A DNA stretch of 36,529 nucleotides from Nitrosomonas sp. (lineage in GTDB: Bacteria; Pseudomonadota; Gammaproteobacteria; Burkholderiales; Nitrosomonadaceae): positions 1-36,529 of the forward strand of contig SXJH01000225.1 of assembly GCA_005779435.1 (NCBI GenBank), read 5' to 3'. Position 1 is the first letter of the stretch; every line of letters begins with the position of its first letter. Shown piece by piece: positions 34,592-36,529 of this stretch. The translations under genes were made by a program, and so were the position numbers. The notes under the pieces are model-generated. The model was not told where the DNA came from, made no database searches, and saw only the letters and a list, made by a program, of their open reading frames with translations.

Positions 34592-34869
34592 TGCGGCGGC
34601 GTGAAAGACCCGATCTGCGAGAGCCTGAAATAAAAGCAGACTTGTTTTGCGATTGCGAAACAGATATTGAGCGCGCCGATTTTTTTGCGAGCGGACGCGC
34701 GCATGACACCGGGATTGTCTCGGAAATTATTGAAAACGAGGTGGCAAGGGCGTTTTTTGCGCGCCATGCACTGAGAATGCTGCGGGAATGGATTCGCGAA
34801 ATAGATTGGCAACAATTTATAACAGAGTATCCCGAGATAGCAAAAGAAATCGATTATTTATGGAAATAA
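34588..34869 (+). CDS. Hypothetical protein
   Basis: GGAGG RBS, ATGA overlap. Confidence 0.55.
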   Translation: MMRRRERPDLREPEIKADLFCDCETDIERADFFASGRAHDTGIVSEIIENEVARAFFARHALRMLREWIREIDWQQFITEYPEIAKEIDYLWK

Positions 34870-34875
34870 CTAAAT

Positions 34876-35469
34876 ATGACCGCACTAAGACCACATTCGT
34901 TGCATAAAGAAAGTCTTTTAATACTGCTCGGACTCGCGCCGCTTCCTGCGAATGTGCGCAAGTTATTTGAAAAGGAAAAAGTTTCTTCACTCGGAAAAAA
35001 CAGGCCGTACGAAATTTATGACAAGAAAGAAAAAGAATTTTTTTATGAGTGCGTCATAAAAATCATCAAATCAGGAACGCATTATGAAAGCGACATCATA
35101 AGCTGCTTGGAGGCTGACGAAGAATGTAACGGAAAAAGAATATTCCCAACGGGCAAAAAATTCGGGAAGCGGCCACCGAAAGAAACGCTGGTCAATTGGA
35201 TTAGAGAAGTAAAAAGAACCAACAAGCTGCAAAGGATAAAATTTTGTGACGCAATTGTGCCTCTTGCATTATCCGGGAAATCTGTTTCCGATGCGGTGCG
35301 GACAGTCGGCTGTAAAAGAGCGACCGCCCTCAATGTATACAACGCTCTTGGTCTTGGTGCGAAACGTAAAAATCAGTTCAAGAAGCTGAAACCGTCATTT
35401 GTTAAAATGATCAACGCGCTTGCGCACAAACTAAAACATGAGGAATTGAATAATGGCATCCGTCAATAA
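34876..35469 (+). CDS. Hypothetical basic protein, possible C-terminal HTH
   Basis: 197 aa; [23 protein letters not shown]. Confidence 0.65.
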   Translation: MTALRPHSLHKESLLILLGLAPLPANVRKLFEKEKVSSLGKNRPYEIYDKKEKEFFYECVIKIIKSGTHYESDIISCLEADEECNGKRIFPTGKKFGKRPPKETLVNWIREVKRTNKLQRIKFCDAIVPLALSGKSVSDAVRTVGCKRATALNVYNALGLGAKRKNQFKKLKPSFVKMINALAHKLKHEELNNGIRQ

Positions 35470-35860
35470 AGTAATTTTAATCGGCAATTTGGGGAAAGAC
35501 CCGGAAACCCGCCACATGACGAACGGCGACGCCGTAACCAATATTACCTTAGCAACGACGGATACCTGGAAAGACAAAAATGGCGAGAAACAAGAAAAAA
35601 CCGAATGGCACCGCGTCACTTTCTATCGCAAGCTCGCGGAAATTGTTGGCGAATACTTGAAGAAAGGCCGCTCCGTCTATGTCGAAGGCAGGCTTGAAAC
35701 CAAGAAATGGACGGACAAGAACGGCGTCGAACGCTACACCACTGAGATCGTCGCAACGGACATGAAAATGCTAGGCGACAAACCCGGCGGCGATGCCGCA
35801 CCAACCCCAAGAAATGCTGGCGCAGGCGGCCGAGTTGATGACGATGAGATCCCATTTTAA
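35453..35860 (+). CDS. ssb: Single-stranded DNA-binding protein
   Basis: [31 protein letters not shown] tail. Confidence 0.96.
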   Translation: MASVNKVILIGNLGKDPETRHMTNGDAVTNITLATTDTWKDKNGEKQEKTEWHRVTFYRKLAEIVGEYLKKGRSVYVEGRLETKKWTDKNGVERYTTEIVATDMKMLGDKPGGDAAPTPRNAGAGGRVDDDEIPF

Positions 35861-36405
35861 TGGATAAGCAAGTAATCGATGTGTGCTGCGGTAGCCGGAT
35901 GTTTTGGTTCAGCAAGAATAACCCGTCGGCGGTTTTTTGTGATATCCGCAGTGAGAGCCATATTCTGCCGGACGCATCGAGTGCTGGCGGACTCAGGACA
36001 TTGGTAATCAACCCCGATATTCAGGCAGATTTTACAGAGCTCCCATTTAATGACGGGCAATTTGCTTTGGTAGTGTTCGACCCGCCACATTTAATCAGGG
36101 CCGGGCGCAAAAGTTGGCTGGCAAAAAAATACGGTCAGCTCGGATCGAATTGGCGGGACGAACTGCGCGCAGGATTCGCAGAATCATTCAGGGTGTTGAG
36201 GCCGGACGGCGTCCTGATTTTTAAATGGAACGAGTGCCAGATACCTGTCTCGCAGATTCTGGCGTTGACTGAATGGGAACCACTAATTGGCAACCGTTGC
36301 GGCAAATCTGCAAAATCACACTGGATTGTATTTATGAAATCAGCCCATAGCCACAGCGCCGCAATAAAAAATGGCAGCGGTCATTTAAAAGGTCGAAAGC
36401 GGTAG
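35860..36405 (+). CDS. Phage SAM-dependent DNA methyltransferase
   Basis: IDVCCGSRMFWF, VFDPPHL, RVLRPDGVLIFKWNE. Confidence 0.85.
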   Translation: MDKQVIDVCCGSRMFWFSKNNPSAVFCDIRSESHILPDASSAGGLRTLVINPDIQADFTELPFNDGQFALVVFDPPHLIRAGRKSWLAKKYGQLGSNWRDELRAGFAESFRVLRPDGVLIFKWNECQIPVSQILALTEWEPLIGNRCGKSAKSHWIVFMKSAHSHSAAIKNGSGHLKGRKR

Positions 36406-36408
36406 AAT

Positions 36409-36494
36409 AATTTTGTAAGATGGGAAAAACACCCGCATGGATAAAGGATCTAATGGGCGCGCTAATTACAAAAAATCAGCGCAAGTCATTGATT
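36409..36494. promoter_or_regulatory. Right att arm: arm-type repeats and IHF site
   Basis: TTTTGTAAGAT 36411-36421, inverted TTACAAAA 36466-36473, AATCAATGACTTG on minus strand 36482-36494. Confidence 0.65.
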
Positions 36495-36509
36495 ATACGT
36501 CATCCATAA

Positions 36510-36529
36510 CCCGGATTGTGATTCCGGTC
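36510..36529 (+). other. Right att core: tRNA-His anticodon arm copy
   Basis: CCGGA-TTGTGAT-TCCGG (GTG anticodon) preceded by non-tRNA sequence; continues into bases 1-29 apart from a 2-nt gap. Confidence 0.85.

Larger units (their letters stand above)
1..36529. mobile_element. Temperate P22-like podophage/prophage integrating at tRNA-His
   Basis: Full set of terminase, portal, scaffold, coat, tail, ejection, lysis, replication and recombination genes between tRNA-His-derived ends. Confidence 0.93.

Overview
The window is an apparently complete ~36.5 kb temperate phage/prophage bounded by pieces of a tRNA-His (att core, IHF boxes and arm-type repeats at both ends). Its host is probably a betaproteobacterium. 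It has a P22-like podovirus head/tail/ejection module, an M15 peptidase lysis module, a lambdoid early region (Cro, O/P-like replication, RusA, Q-like) and a YqaJ/RecT/SMC-like ATPase/SSB/methyltransferase operon. Unusual points: (1) there is no integrase and no CI repressor, although att sites and twin operators are intact, and the CI slot holds an excisionase/AlpA-like gene plus 44-bp tandem repeats; (2) the region between cro and the replication initiator is a chain of structured RNA elements: a solitary type I-E CRISPR repeat, two tRNA-like scaffolds with long inserts, and a C4-type antisense RNA with both its targets; (3) there is a stand-alone candidate acr-aca operon; (4) a 54-bp tyrosine-integrase C-terminal fragment is stranded downstream of the Q-like gene. 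All product calls come from motif recognition and synteny, not database searches.
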